From Sphingomicrobium sp. (lineage in GTDB: Bacteria; Pseudomonadota; Alphaproteobacteria; Sphingomonadales; Sphingomonadaceae), in contig JBKKAQ010000065.1 of assembly GCA_046714555.1 (NCBI GenBank), forward strand, positions 1 through 52,183: a stretch of DNA of 52,183 bases, in the 5' to 3' direction. Shown here piece by piece: positions 8,861 to 17,179 of the stretch. Below the pieces are notes generated by a model. The model searched no databases. It worked only from the letters and a program-made list of their open reading frames with translations, and had not been told where the DNA came from. Each line of letters starts with the position of its first letter. Position 1 is the stretch's first letter. A program made the translations under genes and the position numbers.

Positions 8861-9232
8861 TTAAAAGCGCGCCGGAACGAGATGTATCGGCACCGGCTCG
8901 GCGAGCTCTTGCCAGCCAAGCTCGCGAATCACGTCATTGCTTTGGCGCGGGGTCCGGCCCTTCGATCGGTTGAGCGACCAAGTGATGTGATAAGTCGAAC
9001 CGTCGGGGCGGTCAGTGCTGCCGTCGATCGCGACCACCAGCGCCTCGAGACTGTCGCCATCGTCGGAGCGGCCGACGACCTTCGCTTCGACCTCGCCCGG
9101 AATCGGAATCTTCGGACCGACCTTCGATCGCAAGGTGACATGATCGGCGATAACATCGGCATAATGCGGAGCAAATCGCTCGAGCAGCTGCACGCGAACC
9201 TCCTGCCCGAGTTTCCAGCCGATTACGCTCAT
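8861..9232 (-). CDS. 2H-phosphoesterase-like protein
   Basis: Two HxT motifs (HVTL, HITW) in 123 aa. Confidence 0.65.
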   Translation of the reverse strand: MSVIGWKLGQEVRVQLLERFAPHYADVIADHVTLRSKVGPKIPIPGEVEAKVVGRSDDGDSLEALVVAIDGSTDRPDGSTYHITWSLNRSKGRTPRQSNDVIRELGWQELAEPVPIHLVPARF

Positions 9233-9263
9233 TGCACAGTCAACTCGCGACTCCCCGAAAGGA

Positions 9264-10643
9264 TCAGCCGAGCCTTTCGACCAATTCGGCGGCGAACTCG
9301 CTCAGCGAATCGTCGCGCGCCCCCATGATCAAAATCCGGTCGCCGGGGCGCGCTTCGGCGATCATCGCGTCGCCGATCGCCAAGCGCTCGGGGATGTGCG
9401 CCGCCCGGGGCCCGATCGCGCTTGCAAGCCAGTCGCTCGCTCGCGTCCGGTCCACTGTTCCGCCCTGATAGACCGGGTCGGGCAGATAGAGCAGGTCGCC
9501 CGGGCGGAGCCCCTCGGTGAAGGTCCGGGCAAGCTCCTCGCCCATCTTGGCGAGCGGGCTGAAGCCATGCGGTTGAAACATCGCGAGCAGCCGCCCGGGC
9601 TGAGCGGTCAAAGTCGCGAGGCTCGCTGCGATCTTGTCGGGATTGTGAGCGAAATCGTCGATTACTGTCACTCCCCCAGCGCTTCCCACGGTTTCGAGTC
9701 GGCGGCGGAGCCCGGCGAATCGATCGAGCGCTGCCGTGGCCTCGGCGAGCGGAACGTCGAGCGCTCGCGTGGCGGCGAGCGCGGCAAGCGCGTTGGAGGC
9801 ATTGTGGCGGCCGGGAACTCCCATCCGCACCTGGTGGACCTCGCCCTCGGCTTCGACGGTAAAGCTGATTCCTTCGGCAAGCAGCTCGAGATTGCGCCCC
9901 GAAAGCGCTGCTCCGGGGCTGTCGAAGCCATAGCCGACGACATGACTCGGGGCGGCCATGTCGGCAAGCATCCGGGTTTCGGGATCGTCGAGGTTGAGGA
10001 TGATCGTGTCGGCGGCGGCGAGGAAGCCGCCGAACAAGGCGCGCAATTCCTGAATCGACTTATGGTCGAGGCTGACATTGGTCAGGACCGCCACCTCGGG
10101 CTTGTAGAGCGCGATCGAGCCGTCGCTTTCGTCGACCTCGCTGACGAACAGTTCGGGATCGCCGACCAGCGCGCTTGCGAACGGCGCGTCGGGCGCGACG
10201 AAATTCTTCATCACCGCTCCGTTCATCACGGTCGGCTGGCGGTGCGCCGAATGGAGGATCCAGCCGATCATCCCGGTGACGGTCGACTTGCCGCTGGTGC
10301 CGCCGACCGCGACGCTGCGCCGCGCGGCGTTGAACAATTGCGCTAACAGCATCGGCCGGGTGAGGTGAAGCAGGCCAAGATCGCGCGCTCGAACCACATC
10401 GGGGATATCGTCCTCGATCGCCGCCGAGGTGACGAGAGTCATCCCCTCGGCAAGACCGGTTCCGTCCTGGGGAAACAACGAAATTCCCAACGAGCGGAGG
10501 AATTCGAACTTCGGCGCGAGCCGCCCCGCGTCGAGCGCCCGGTCGGAGCCCGCGACTTGCGCACCCGACGCGCGGACGATGCACGCCAGCGGGAGCATCC
10601 CGCTGCCACCGATCCCGCAAAAGAAGTAAGTGGAATTGCTCAT
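9264..10643 (-). CDS. MurC/Mpl-like Mur ligase, probably murein-peptide recycling
   Basis: GIGGSGM, GTSGKSTVT, EVDESDG, DHK, DDFAHNP, FQPH. Confidence 0.88.
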   Translation of the reverse strand: MSNSTYFFCGIGGSGMLPLACIVRASGAQVAGSDRALDAGRLAPKFEFLRSLGISLFPQDGTGLAEGMTLVTSAAIEDDIPDVVRARDLGLLHLTRPMLLAQLFNAARRSVAVGGTSGKSTVTGMIGWILHSAHRQPTVMNGAVMKNFVAPDAPFASALVGDPELFVSEVDESDGSIALYKPEVAVLTNVSLDHKSIQELRALFGGFLAAADTIILNLDDPETRMLADMAAPSHVVGYGFDSPGAALSGRNLELLAEGISFTVEAEGEVHQVRMGVPGRHNASNALAALAATRALDVPLAEATAALDRFAGLRRRLETVGSAGGVTVIDDFAHNPDKIAASLATLTAQPGRLLAMFQPHGFSPLAKMGEELARTFTEGLRPGDLLYLPDPVYQGGTVDRTRASDWLASAIGPRAAHIPERLAIGDAMIAEARPGDRILIMGARDDSLSEFAAELVERLG

Positions 10644-10690
10644 CCCCGCCGTCCTATTGAAGCAAGGCGAGGATGACAAATGGGGGTCGA

Positions 10691-11503
10691 ATGAGGATCG
10701 CGGTGGTCGCTCCGAGCTGCCCGCTCAAGCCCGAGGCGGCGGCGCGGGTAGCGGCGATCGTCGCGCAGCGCGGCGATTGCGAACTGGCAATTCACCCGCA
10801 ATGCTTTGCAAGCGAGGGCCATTTCGCAGGGAGCGATTCACTCCGGCTTGCGGCGCTTCGCGAAGTGATTTCCGATCCCGGGGTGGACGCGGTATGGTTC
10901 GCTCGCGGCGGCTACGGTTCGAACCGCATCGCCGAGGCTGCGGCGCGAGACCTGCCGCAACCCGCTCGGGCCAAGCTCTACATGGGCTATAGCGACTCGG
11001 GTTTCCTCCTCGCCGGGTTCGACCGTGCCGGGCTCGATGTCGCGCATGGACCGATGCCGCAGGACGTGCTTCGCGCAGGCGGTGAGCAGGCAATCCACCG
11101 AGCGCTCGACTGGATCGTCGAGCGCGATCCTTCGGCGCTCGAGCCCGGGCTTGTTGGCCCCGCGCTGGCATTCAACCTGACGGTGCTGTCGAGTCTGCTC
11201 GGAACCGCGCTCGAGCCTGACTTCAGCGAGCGCGAATTGCTGATCGAGGAGGTCAGCGAGCATCATTACCGGATCGACCGGGCGATGTTCCATGTCACTG
11301 GAAGCGCGAAAGTGCGCAAGGCGTCGGGATTGCGGCTCGGGCGGGCGAGCGAGATTCCACCCAACGACGTCGATTTTGGCGCCGATGAGGAGGCGATCGT
11401 TCGCGATTGGTGCGAGCGTTCGGGGCTGGCATTTCGCGGCCGCGCCGCAATCGGCCACGACGCCGCCAATCGCGTAGTCCCGTTCAGAGGGAGCGATCGA
11501 TGA
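10691..11503 (+). CDS. ldcA: LD-carboxypeptidase (S66)
   Basis: ARGGYGS, GYSD (Ser), LLIEEV (Glu), IGH (His). Confidence 0.88.
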   Translation: MRIAVVAPSCPLKPEAAARVAAIVAQRGDCELAIHPQCFASEGHFAGSDSLRLAALREVISDPGVDAVWFARGGYGSNRIAEAAARDLPQPARAKLYMGYSDSGFLLAGFDRAGLDVAHGPMPQDVLRAGGEQAIHRALDWIVERDPSALEPGLVGPALAFNLTVLSSLLGTALEPDFSERELLIEEVSEHHYRIDRAMFHVTGSAKVRKASGLRLGRASEIPPNDVDFGADEEAIVRDWCERSGLAFRGRAAIGHDAANRVVPFRGSDR

Positions 11504-11578
11504 TTTCCCTCTGGCGAGGCCATTGCAAAAGCCCTGCGATTGCGCTCTATCAATCGCCTGGGACAACAGGAGGGTTCG

Positions 11579-11854
11579 ATGGCCAAAGACGCAACCGCAA
11601 CACCACGTAAAGCAGGGGGCGGGCTGGCCCGCCCGGTACAGCCTTCACCCGAACTGGCGGCGATCACCGGAAGCGACCCGCTACCGCGCAGCCAAGTGGT
11701 TTCGAAGGTGTGGGATCATATTCGCAAGAATAATCTTCAAAACCCTCAAAACAAACGAGAAATCGTCGCTGACGACAAATTGAAGAAGGTCTTTGGCAAG
11801 GATCGTTGCACGATGTTCGAGATGAATAAGCATCTTTCGAATCATCTGAAATAA
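11579..11854 (+). CDS. Stand-alone SWIB/MDM2 domain protein
   Basis: SPELAAI, VVSKVWDHIRKNNLQNP, MFEMNKHLSNHL; GGAGGG RBS. Confidence 0.92.
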   Translation: MAKDATATPRKAGGGLARPVQPSPELAAITGSDPLPRSQVVSKVWDHIRKNNLQNPQNKREIVADDKLKKVFGKDRCTMFEMNKHLSNHLK

Positions 11855-11878
11855 GCCCTCTCCGAAGGGCGACATATC

Positions 11879-11910
11879 AAGGGGATCCGCGTCCGCGGGT
11901 CCCCTTTTTT
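11879..11910 (+). terminator. Intrinsic terminator
   Basis: AAGGGGATCCGC...GCGGGTCCCCTTTTTT. Confidence 0.85.
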
Positions 11911-11949
11911 GCTCGGCGCGGCTTGGCGCAGCGGCGTCCGCCGAGTCGC

Positions 11950-12699
11950 TCAGCCGCGGGTCGCGCTGCTGAGCGGCTCGCTGGTCACCGGATAACCGGC
12001 GTCCTCGGGGATGCAGATATGCTCGACTCCGCCGCGCTCCTCGATCCAAGGCGTGATCGTTTTCACCGGAACCGCGTCCGCGGCGGAGCGGATCGACTCG
12101 AAATCGGCGTAAAGCGCCAGCCGCTCGAGGTTGCGTTGGGTCGGAAAGATCGCCCGCGCCTCGCCGCCGCGGATTCGTCCGAGCACATCGTCGGCGGCGA
12201 TCCACAGCGCGGCCTCGCATTCGCCCGCCTGGGGCCGCGGCTGCCATTCGCCCCGGGGCGCGCAAGCGACAAAGAAACGTGTGTCGAACCGCCGCGTGTT
12301 CCGCATCGCCGGCTTCCATCTGGCGAAGTGGATCAGCGCCGAAAGGTCGAGCGCAAGCTCGCTCTGCTCAATCAGCTCGGCGAACGACTGTCCGGCGATC
12401 AATCCATCCTGGAGCATGGCGGCGAGCGCTGGGCCGGGCTGCGGGGCCAGCCCGACTGCGATCCCGGTTTCCTCGAGGGTTTCGCGAATCGCCGCGATTC
12501 TCGCCGCGGCGTCGGGCGACTCGCCGCTCCCCAACGCGAGCGCACGGTCGGCGGGATCGATCCTCCCCCCGGGAAAGACCATCGCTCCCCCCGCAAAAGC
12601 CATCGCCGCCGAGCGTTCGACCATCAGCAGCTGGGGCGGCGAAGCGTTTCGATCGCGCACCACGATCAGGGTCGCTGCCGGAATTGCCTCTTGCTCCAT
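11950..12699 (-). CDS. NUDIX hydrolase (NUDT19-like)
   Basis: VFPGGRID, AAIRETLEETG, RRFDTRFF. Confidence 0.88.
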   Translation of the reverse strand: MEQEAIPAATLIVVRDRNASPPQLLMVERSAAMAFAGGAMVFPGGRIDPADRALALGSGESPDAAARIAAIRETLEETGIAVGLAPQPGPALAAMLQDGLIAGQSFAELIEQSELALDLSALIHFARWKPAMRNTRRFDTRFFVACAPRGEWQPRPQAGECEAALWIAADDVLGRIRGGEARAIFPTQRNLERLALYADFESIRSAADAVPVKTITPWIEERGGVEHICIPEDAGYPVTSEPLSSATRG

Positions 12700-12758
12700 C
12701 GCCGCCCCGCCTAATCGATGCCACGCTCCGACGCCATGCGCAGCGGCAAGGCGCACAC

Positions 12759-12793
12759 AAAAAAGCCGGCGACCTCGAAGGGCGCCGGCTTTT
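12759..12793. terminator. Bidirectional intrinsic terminator
   Basis: AAAAAAGCCGGCG...CGCCGGCTTTT. Confidence 0.85.
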
Positions 12794-12822
12794 CCATCAC
12801 ACCGCCCGAAGGCAGCAAGTCA

Positions 12823-13101
12823 TTACATAGCGTTGACGGCAGCGTTGGCGTCGGCATTGACGTCGGCTTCGTCGATCGCTTCTTCCTTGCGAGCGCCTTC
12901 GGCCTCGAGCGCGTCAGCCTGGTTGCCCAGAGCTTCGGCTTCGGCGGCGTTGGCGGTATTGGCCGCCATCGCGTCGAGGTTCTCGGCTGCGTTCTCGTAA
13001 TTCTCCTGGACGTTTTCGGCGAGGGCGTCGTCGCCCTTTCCACCACAAGCCGAGAGAGCGAGAGCAGCAGCGCCAACCAGCGCGAATGAAGTCTTGTTCA
13101 T
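12823..13101 (-). CDS. Small acidic Ala/Asn-rich lipoprotein
   Basis: Lipobox LSAC; EcfG promoter upstream. Confidence 0.8.
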   Translation of the reverse strand: MNKTSFALVGAAALALSACGGKGDDALAENVQENYENAAENLDAMAANTANAAEAEALGNQADALEAEGARKEEAIDEADVNADANAAVNAM

Positions 13102-13159
13102 GAATGTACCCCTTAAGTTTCAGTGCAGCGGCTCAAGCCATAACAGCACGAACGGTTCC

Positions 13160-13185
13160 AACGCTAGCGTCTTTATAACGGTTCC
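13160..13185 (-). promoter_or_regulatory. EcfG/SigT promoter
   Basis: GGAAC-N17-CGTT on the minus strand; AACGGTTCC repeated at 13151 and 13177. Confidence 0.7.
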
Positions 13186-13218
13186 GTGTCGGAAAATTGC
13201 GCGGGCGCCCCCCGCGAC

Positions 13219-13247
13219 CTTGTCGAAAGACCCTCAAACGCCTATCT
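13219..13247 (+). promoter_or_regulatory. Promoter of ssrA (RpoD/RpoH-like)
   Basis: CTTG-N18-CCTATCT directly before the tmRNA 5' end. Confidence 0.55.
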
Positions 13248-13252
13248 GCGAG

Positions 13253-13625
13253 GGGCCGGGGCGACCCGGCTACGTCGGTAGATTGTTGAGTGAAATAAGC
13301 ATTTCGGACCCGGGGGGCAGTACCCCGGCGCCTCCACCACCAGCTCGCCGTGATGGTCGCTTCGACTTTGCCAGGCGCCGCGCTGCTGATGGGGGCGAAA
13401 TAGGATCGACGAATGTGGTAAAGTCTTGGCTGCCGACCGGCCTGAGCATGCCGTAAAAGCGTTCACAACGACAAGTGCCAACGATAACGAGGCGCTCGCA
13501 ATTGCCGCGTAACTAAGGTTCCAACGAACGGAAGTTACAAGGACAAAAGCGCGGTTGGACCCCACCGGGCAACAGAAGGGGAAACCAGCGGTTCGGGAGG
13601 CACCGGGCAACAGAAGCCTCCCACC
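13253..13625 (+). ncRNA. ssrA: Two-piece (circularly permuted) tmRNA
   Basis: Acceptor piece ending CCTCCACCA (13331-13339), intervening segment, GGGGGCGAAATAGGATCGAC at 13391, tag ORF ANDNEALAIAA* at 13477-13512. Ends approximate. Confidence 0.95.
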
Positions 13626-13767
13626 TTCCCTCTTTTTTCCGTCAGCGACCGCCCGCTCGAAGCGATTCGCTCAACCGCGGCAACGCACTCCCGATAAGAC
13701 GCGCGATTGAATCGCCGCCCCGCCATAGCTACCTTCCTGCTATCCGATCGCCTCACGGGGGAAATTT

Positions 13768-14358
13768 ATGACTGTTCGCCGCTTTCTCGCACCGCTCGTC
13801 GCGCTCGCTCTTGCCGGCTGCGGGCTCAACAGCGTTCCGACCGCCGAAGAGAATGTCACCGCCAAATGGGGCCAGGTGCAGAGCGAATATCAGCGCCGCG
13901 CCGACCTCATCCCCAATCTGGTTGCAACCGTGAAAGGCTACGCTCAGCAGGAAAAGGATGTGCTGACCGAAGTCACCGAGGCGCGCGCAAGCGCCAGCCG
14001 CGTCCAGCTCAACGCGGGCGACCTCTCCGACCCCGTCAAGGTGCGCGCGTTCAGCGATGCGCAAAGCCAGCTCGGCGGTTCGCTCGGGCGGCTGCTGGTG
14101 ACGATGGAGGCCTATCCCGACCTCAAGTCGAACCAGAACTTCCTCACACTGCAAAGCCAGATCGAGGGGACCGAGAATTCGATTCTGGTCGCGCGCAAGG
14201 ATTATAACGAGGCGGTTCAGGCGTATAATACGCGGATCCGTACTTTCCCCGACGCGATCGGCGCCAAGATCTTTTATGGCGCCAAGCCAAAGGTTCCGTT
14301 CGAGGCTGCGTCGGGCGCCCAAACCGCGCCAACGGTCGATTTCAACACCGCCAGCTAG
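13768..14358 (+). CDS. lemA: LemA family lipoprotein
   Basis: LAGC lipobox, YQRRADLIPNLV, EAYPDLKSNQNF, LQSQIEGTEN. Confidence 0.95.
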   Translation: MTVRRFLAPLVALALAGCGLNSVPTAEENVTAKWGQVQSEYQRRADLIPNLVATVKGYAQQEKDVLTEVTEARASASRVQLNAGDLSDPVKVRAFSDAQSQLGGSLGRLLVTMEAYPDLKSNQNFLTLQSQIEGTENSILVARKDYNEAVQAYNTRIRTFPDAIGAKIFYGAKPKVPFEAASGAQTAPTVDFNTAS

Positions 14359-14359
14359 G

Positions 14360-15166
14360 ATGATCCGCCTGCTCGCGGCGCTGTGCCTGGCGCTCGTCGC
14401 AGCGCCGCTCGCCGCCCAGACCTTTCCGCCGCTCACCGGGCAGGTGGTCGATCGCGCCGACCTGCTCCGCCCCGAACAGGAACTCGACCTCACATCGAAG
14501 CTCGCCGCGCTGGAGGCGCAGAGCGGCCGGCAATTGGTCGTTGCGACCGTTCCCGGGCTCGAAGGACGGACGATCGAGGATTATGGCTACCGCCTCGGCC
14601 GGACCTGGGGGATCGGGCAAAAGGGCAAGGACGACGGTGTCATCCTGCTGGTCGCGCCCAATGAGCGAAAGGTACGGATCGAAACCGGCTATGGCGCCCG
14701 GGTGTTCCTCACCGACGCCGTGTCGGGGCTGATCATCCGCGAGGCGATCACTCCCAGATTCAAGGCGGGCGACATGGCCGGCGGAATTTCTGCCGGGGTC
14801 GAGGCGATCGCCCAGATGATGGTGCTCCCCGCCGCCGAGGCGCAAAAGCGCGCCGAGGTGATCGGAGCAAGCGAGGCGGCGCGATCGCGCGGCTCGGGCG
14901 AAGGGGTCGGTGCGATTCCCTTGATGTTCTGGGTGATCATCTTCTTTTTCATCCTGCTGCCGATGGTTCGCCGGGCAAGCGGAGCGGGGCGCAAATATCG
15001 CCGCGGCGGGGGGGATAATCTCGGCATCATCCTGTGGGGGATGAGCGAGATCGCTCGCTCCTCGTCACGCGGCGGCTTTGGCGGCGGGGGCGGCTTCGGC
15101 GGAGGCGGCGGCTTTTCGGGCGGCGGCGGCTCGTTCGGGGGCGGCGGCGCCTCGGGAGGCTGGTAA
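14360..15166 (+). CDS. TPM domain protein (YgcG-like) with Gly-rich tail
   Basis: WGIGQKGKDDGVILLVAPNERKVRIETGYG; ends GGGSFGGGGASGGW. Confidence 0.93.
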   Translation: MIRLLAALCLALVAAPLAAQTFPPLTGQVVDRADLLRPEQELDLTSKLAALEAQSGRQLVVATVPGLEGRTIEDYGYRLGRTWGIGQKGKDDGVILLVAPNERKVRIETGYGARVFLTDAVSGLIIREAITPRFKAGDMAGGISAGVEAIAQMMVLPAAEAQKRAEVIGASEAARSRGSGEGVGAIPLMFWVIIFFFILLPMVRRASGAGRKYRRGGGDNLGIILWGMSEIARSSSRGGFGGGGGFGGGGGFSGGGGSFGGGGASGGW

Positions 15167-15840
15167 TGCTTCAACTGACTCCAGAGGCTCACATCAAAGT
15201 CGGAGCCGCGGTCGCCGCGGCCGAAGCGCGAAGCAATGGCGAGATCGTTACCATCGCCACGGGCCTGTCCGACCGCTATCATGACGTCGCGCTTCATTGG
15301 GCGGTCGCCGCGCTGATCGGTACGCTCGCGTTTTTCGCCGCGGTACCCGCTTGCCTCACCTGCATCGCCCAATGGGCGTTAGGCGGATGGAGCCCCGAAC
15401 CCTCCCCGCGCGAGCTTTTGACCGTGCTTCTGGTGGTCGCGACTGCGCTGTTCACGATCGCCCTGCTCGCGCTCCGCTACATGCCGCTGCGCTTGCTGCT
15501 GACCCCGGGATCGACCAAGTCGCGGCGGGTTCGGCGGCGCGCAATCGACATGTTCAAGGTCGGAGCCGAGCGTCGCACCATCGGCCGCACCGGGATCCTG
15601 CTCTATCTTTCGGCGGGCGAGCGCCGCGCCGAGATCGTGGCCGACGAGGCGATTCTCAACGTCACCACCCCCGAGACGTGGGGCGAGGCGATGGCCGCGC
15701 TGCTGACCGAAGTTAAGGCCGGGCGCGCTGGCGACGGAATCGTTGCTGCGGTCGGCCTGATCGGCGCGGTGCTTGCCGAACATTTCCCGAGGGATCGCGC
15801 CGATCTCAACGAGATTCCCGACAAACTGATCGAACTATGA
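15166..15840 (+). CDS. TPM domain membrane protein
   Basis: AEARSNGEIV, RTGILLYLS, NEIPD; TAATG coupling. Confidence 0.9.
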   Translation: MLQLTPEAHIKVGAAVAAAEARSNGEIVTIATGLSDRYHDVALHWAVAALIGTLAFFAAVPACLTCIAQWALGGWSPEPSPRELLTVLLVVATALFTIALLALRYMPLRLLLTPGSTKSRRVRRRAIDMFKVGAERRTIGRTGILLYLSAGERRAEIVADEAILNVTTPETWGEAMAALLTEVKAGRAGDGIVAAVGLIGAVLAEHFPRDRADLNEIPDKLIEL

Positions 15841-16352
15841 GCGACGAGTCTGTCGAAACGATGTGGCAGGGCAAATATGTCACCGCCCTCCGCCGCGGCA
15901 AATGGGAATATGTTGCTCGGACGGGCGCGGTCCGCGCGGTGGTGATTCTCGCCGAGCATGAGGGGCGGACGATCCTCGTCGAGCAGGAGCGGATCGCGAT
16001 CGGCGGGCGCTGCCTCGAGCTTCCGGCGGGGCTGGTCGGGGACGAGGACGAGGTCGCGACGGTCGAGGGCACCGCGGTCAAGGAACTCGAGGAGGAAACC
16101 GGCTTCACCGCCGGGCGGATCGAACGGCTCGGCGATTATTACAGCTCGCCCGGAATGGTCGCTGAAAGTTTTACGCTGGTGCGCGCGCGCGGCCTGCGTA
16201 AGATTGGCAAGGGCGGCGGGGTCGGCGGCGAGGAGATTGTCGTCCACCTCGTCGAACGCGGCGAGATCGCGCAATTCGTCGAAGCCAAACGCGCCGAAGG
16301 AGTCGGAATCGACGTCCGCCTCCTGCTCTTGCTCAGCGCAACTTTGCTCTAA
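15837..16352 (+). CDS. NUDIX hydrolase (ADP-ribose pyrophosphatase-like)
   Basis: LELPAGLV, KELEEETG, SSPG. Confidence 0.9.
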   Translation: MSDESVETMWQGKYVTALRRGKWEYVARTGAVRAVVILAEHEGRTILVEQERIAIGGRCLELPAGLVGDEDEVATVEGTAVKELEEETGFTAGRIERLGDYYSSPGMVAESFTLVRARGLRKIGKGGGVGGEEIVVHLVERGEIAQFVEAKRAEGVGIDVRLLLLLSATLL

Positions 16353-16399
16353 TTCGTATGCCGGCCAAGGCTTGCAACCAGGCCGCCTCCGATATCGGC

Positions 16400-17044
16400 T
16401 CAAACCCCACTTGCCTTGTTCATCGCATTGAGTTTTTCGCGCAGCGACATCGTGAACCCACGCTCAAGCACGTGGCGGACGTCGTCATTGGCCGAGAGAT
16501 AGACACGCAGCGTCTTGGCCGGGGCGCACCAGAAGCGCGACGGCTCAGTCAGCGTGACCGTCGCGGTCGCAGCGTCGGGGGACAGCACCGTCGCTTCGCC
16601 GATCAGCTGGCCCGCTCGGCAGAAGCCGACCTTCCGCCCGCCGGAAACGACCTCGGCCGTCCCCGAAGCGAGATAATAAAGATGCGCCGCTGGTTCACCT
16701 TCGCGGCTGAGCACCTCACCCGCGTGGCCGTGGAGCCACAGCCCCTGGTCGAGAAAGTGGCGCGCCCGCGCTCGCGACAGGCCGGCAAGCGGCGCGGCGA
16801 GCATCGACTCCTCATCGCTCGAAAAGCGTGCCCGGCGGTCGGCCAGCAGCCGCGAGATGCCCTGGATTAGCGCGACAATCACCACCGCCAAAGGCGCCAG
16901 CAGCCCCGCCGCGCCATGCTGCGCCCAGCCGTAGACCAGTCCCACGACCCCCGCGGCGCCGATCAGCGCATGATTGAAGCGCACCGACCTGACGAGCATC
17001 GCGGCCAGCAAAGCAAGGAACATCGCCTGAAGCAGCATCGCCAT
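16400..17044 (-). CDS. Membrane protein with cyclic-nucleotide-binding-like domain
   Basis: Three N-terminal TM helices; REGEPAAHLYYLASG, LIGE, ATATV. Confidence 0.8.
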   Translation of the reverse strand: MAMLLQAMFLALLAAMLVRSVRFNHALIGAAGVVGLVYGWAQHGAAGLLAPLAVVIVALIQGISRLLADRRARFSSDEESMLAAPLAGLSRARARHFLDQGLWLHGHAGEVLSREGEPAAHLYYLASGTAEVVSGGRKVGFCRAGQLIGEATVLSPDAATATVTLTEPSRFWCAPAKTLRVYLSANDDVRHVLERGFTMSLREKLNAMNKASGV

Positions 17045-17179
17045 CGCCGGCCGTCCCCCTTCGTTCAGCAGCCAGCAGCTTTTGCCATGCAAAGGCACAG
17101 TCTGTCGATTGGTCGATGGTTGTCGCCTAAGCGTAGTCGAGGGACTAGCCCCGGCCGGTTTTGTCATAGGATGCTAAGT

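Noticed and set aside
13563-13616. Mini-CRISPR or att-site duplication at ssrA
   Set aside because: The repeat is the loop of a structural module within tmRNA and not the acceptor 3' end; no integrase nearby.
13768-16352. lemA-TPM-TPM-NUDIX as a novel system
   Set aside because: lemA-TPM-TPM is a widespread known gene cluster; nothing unusual seen here.
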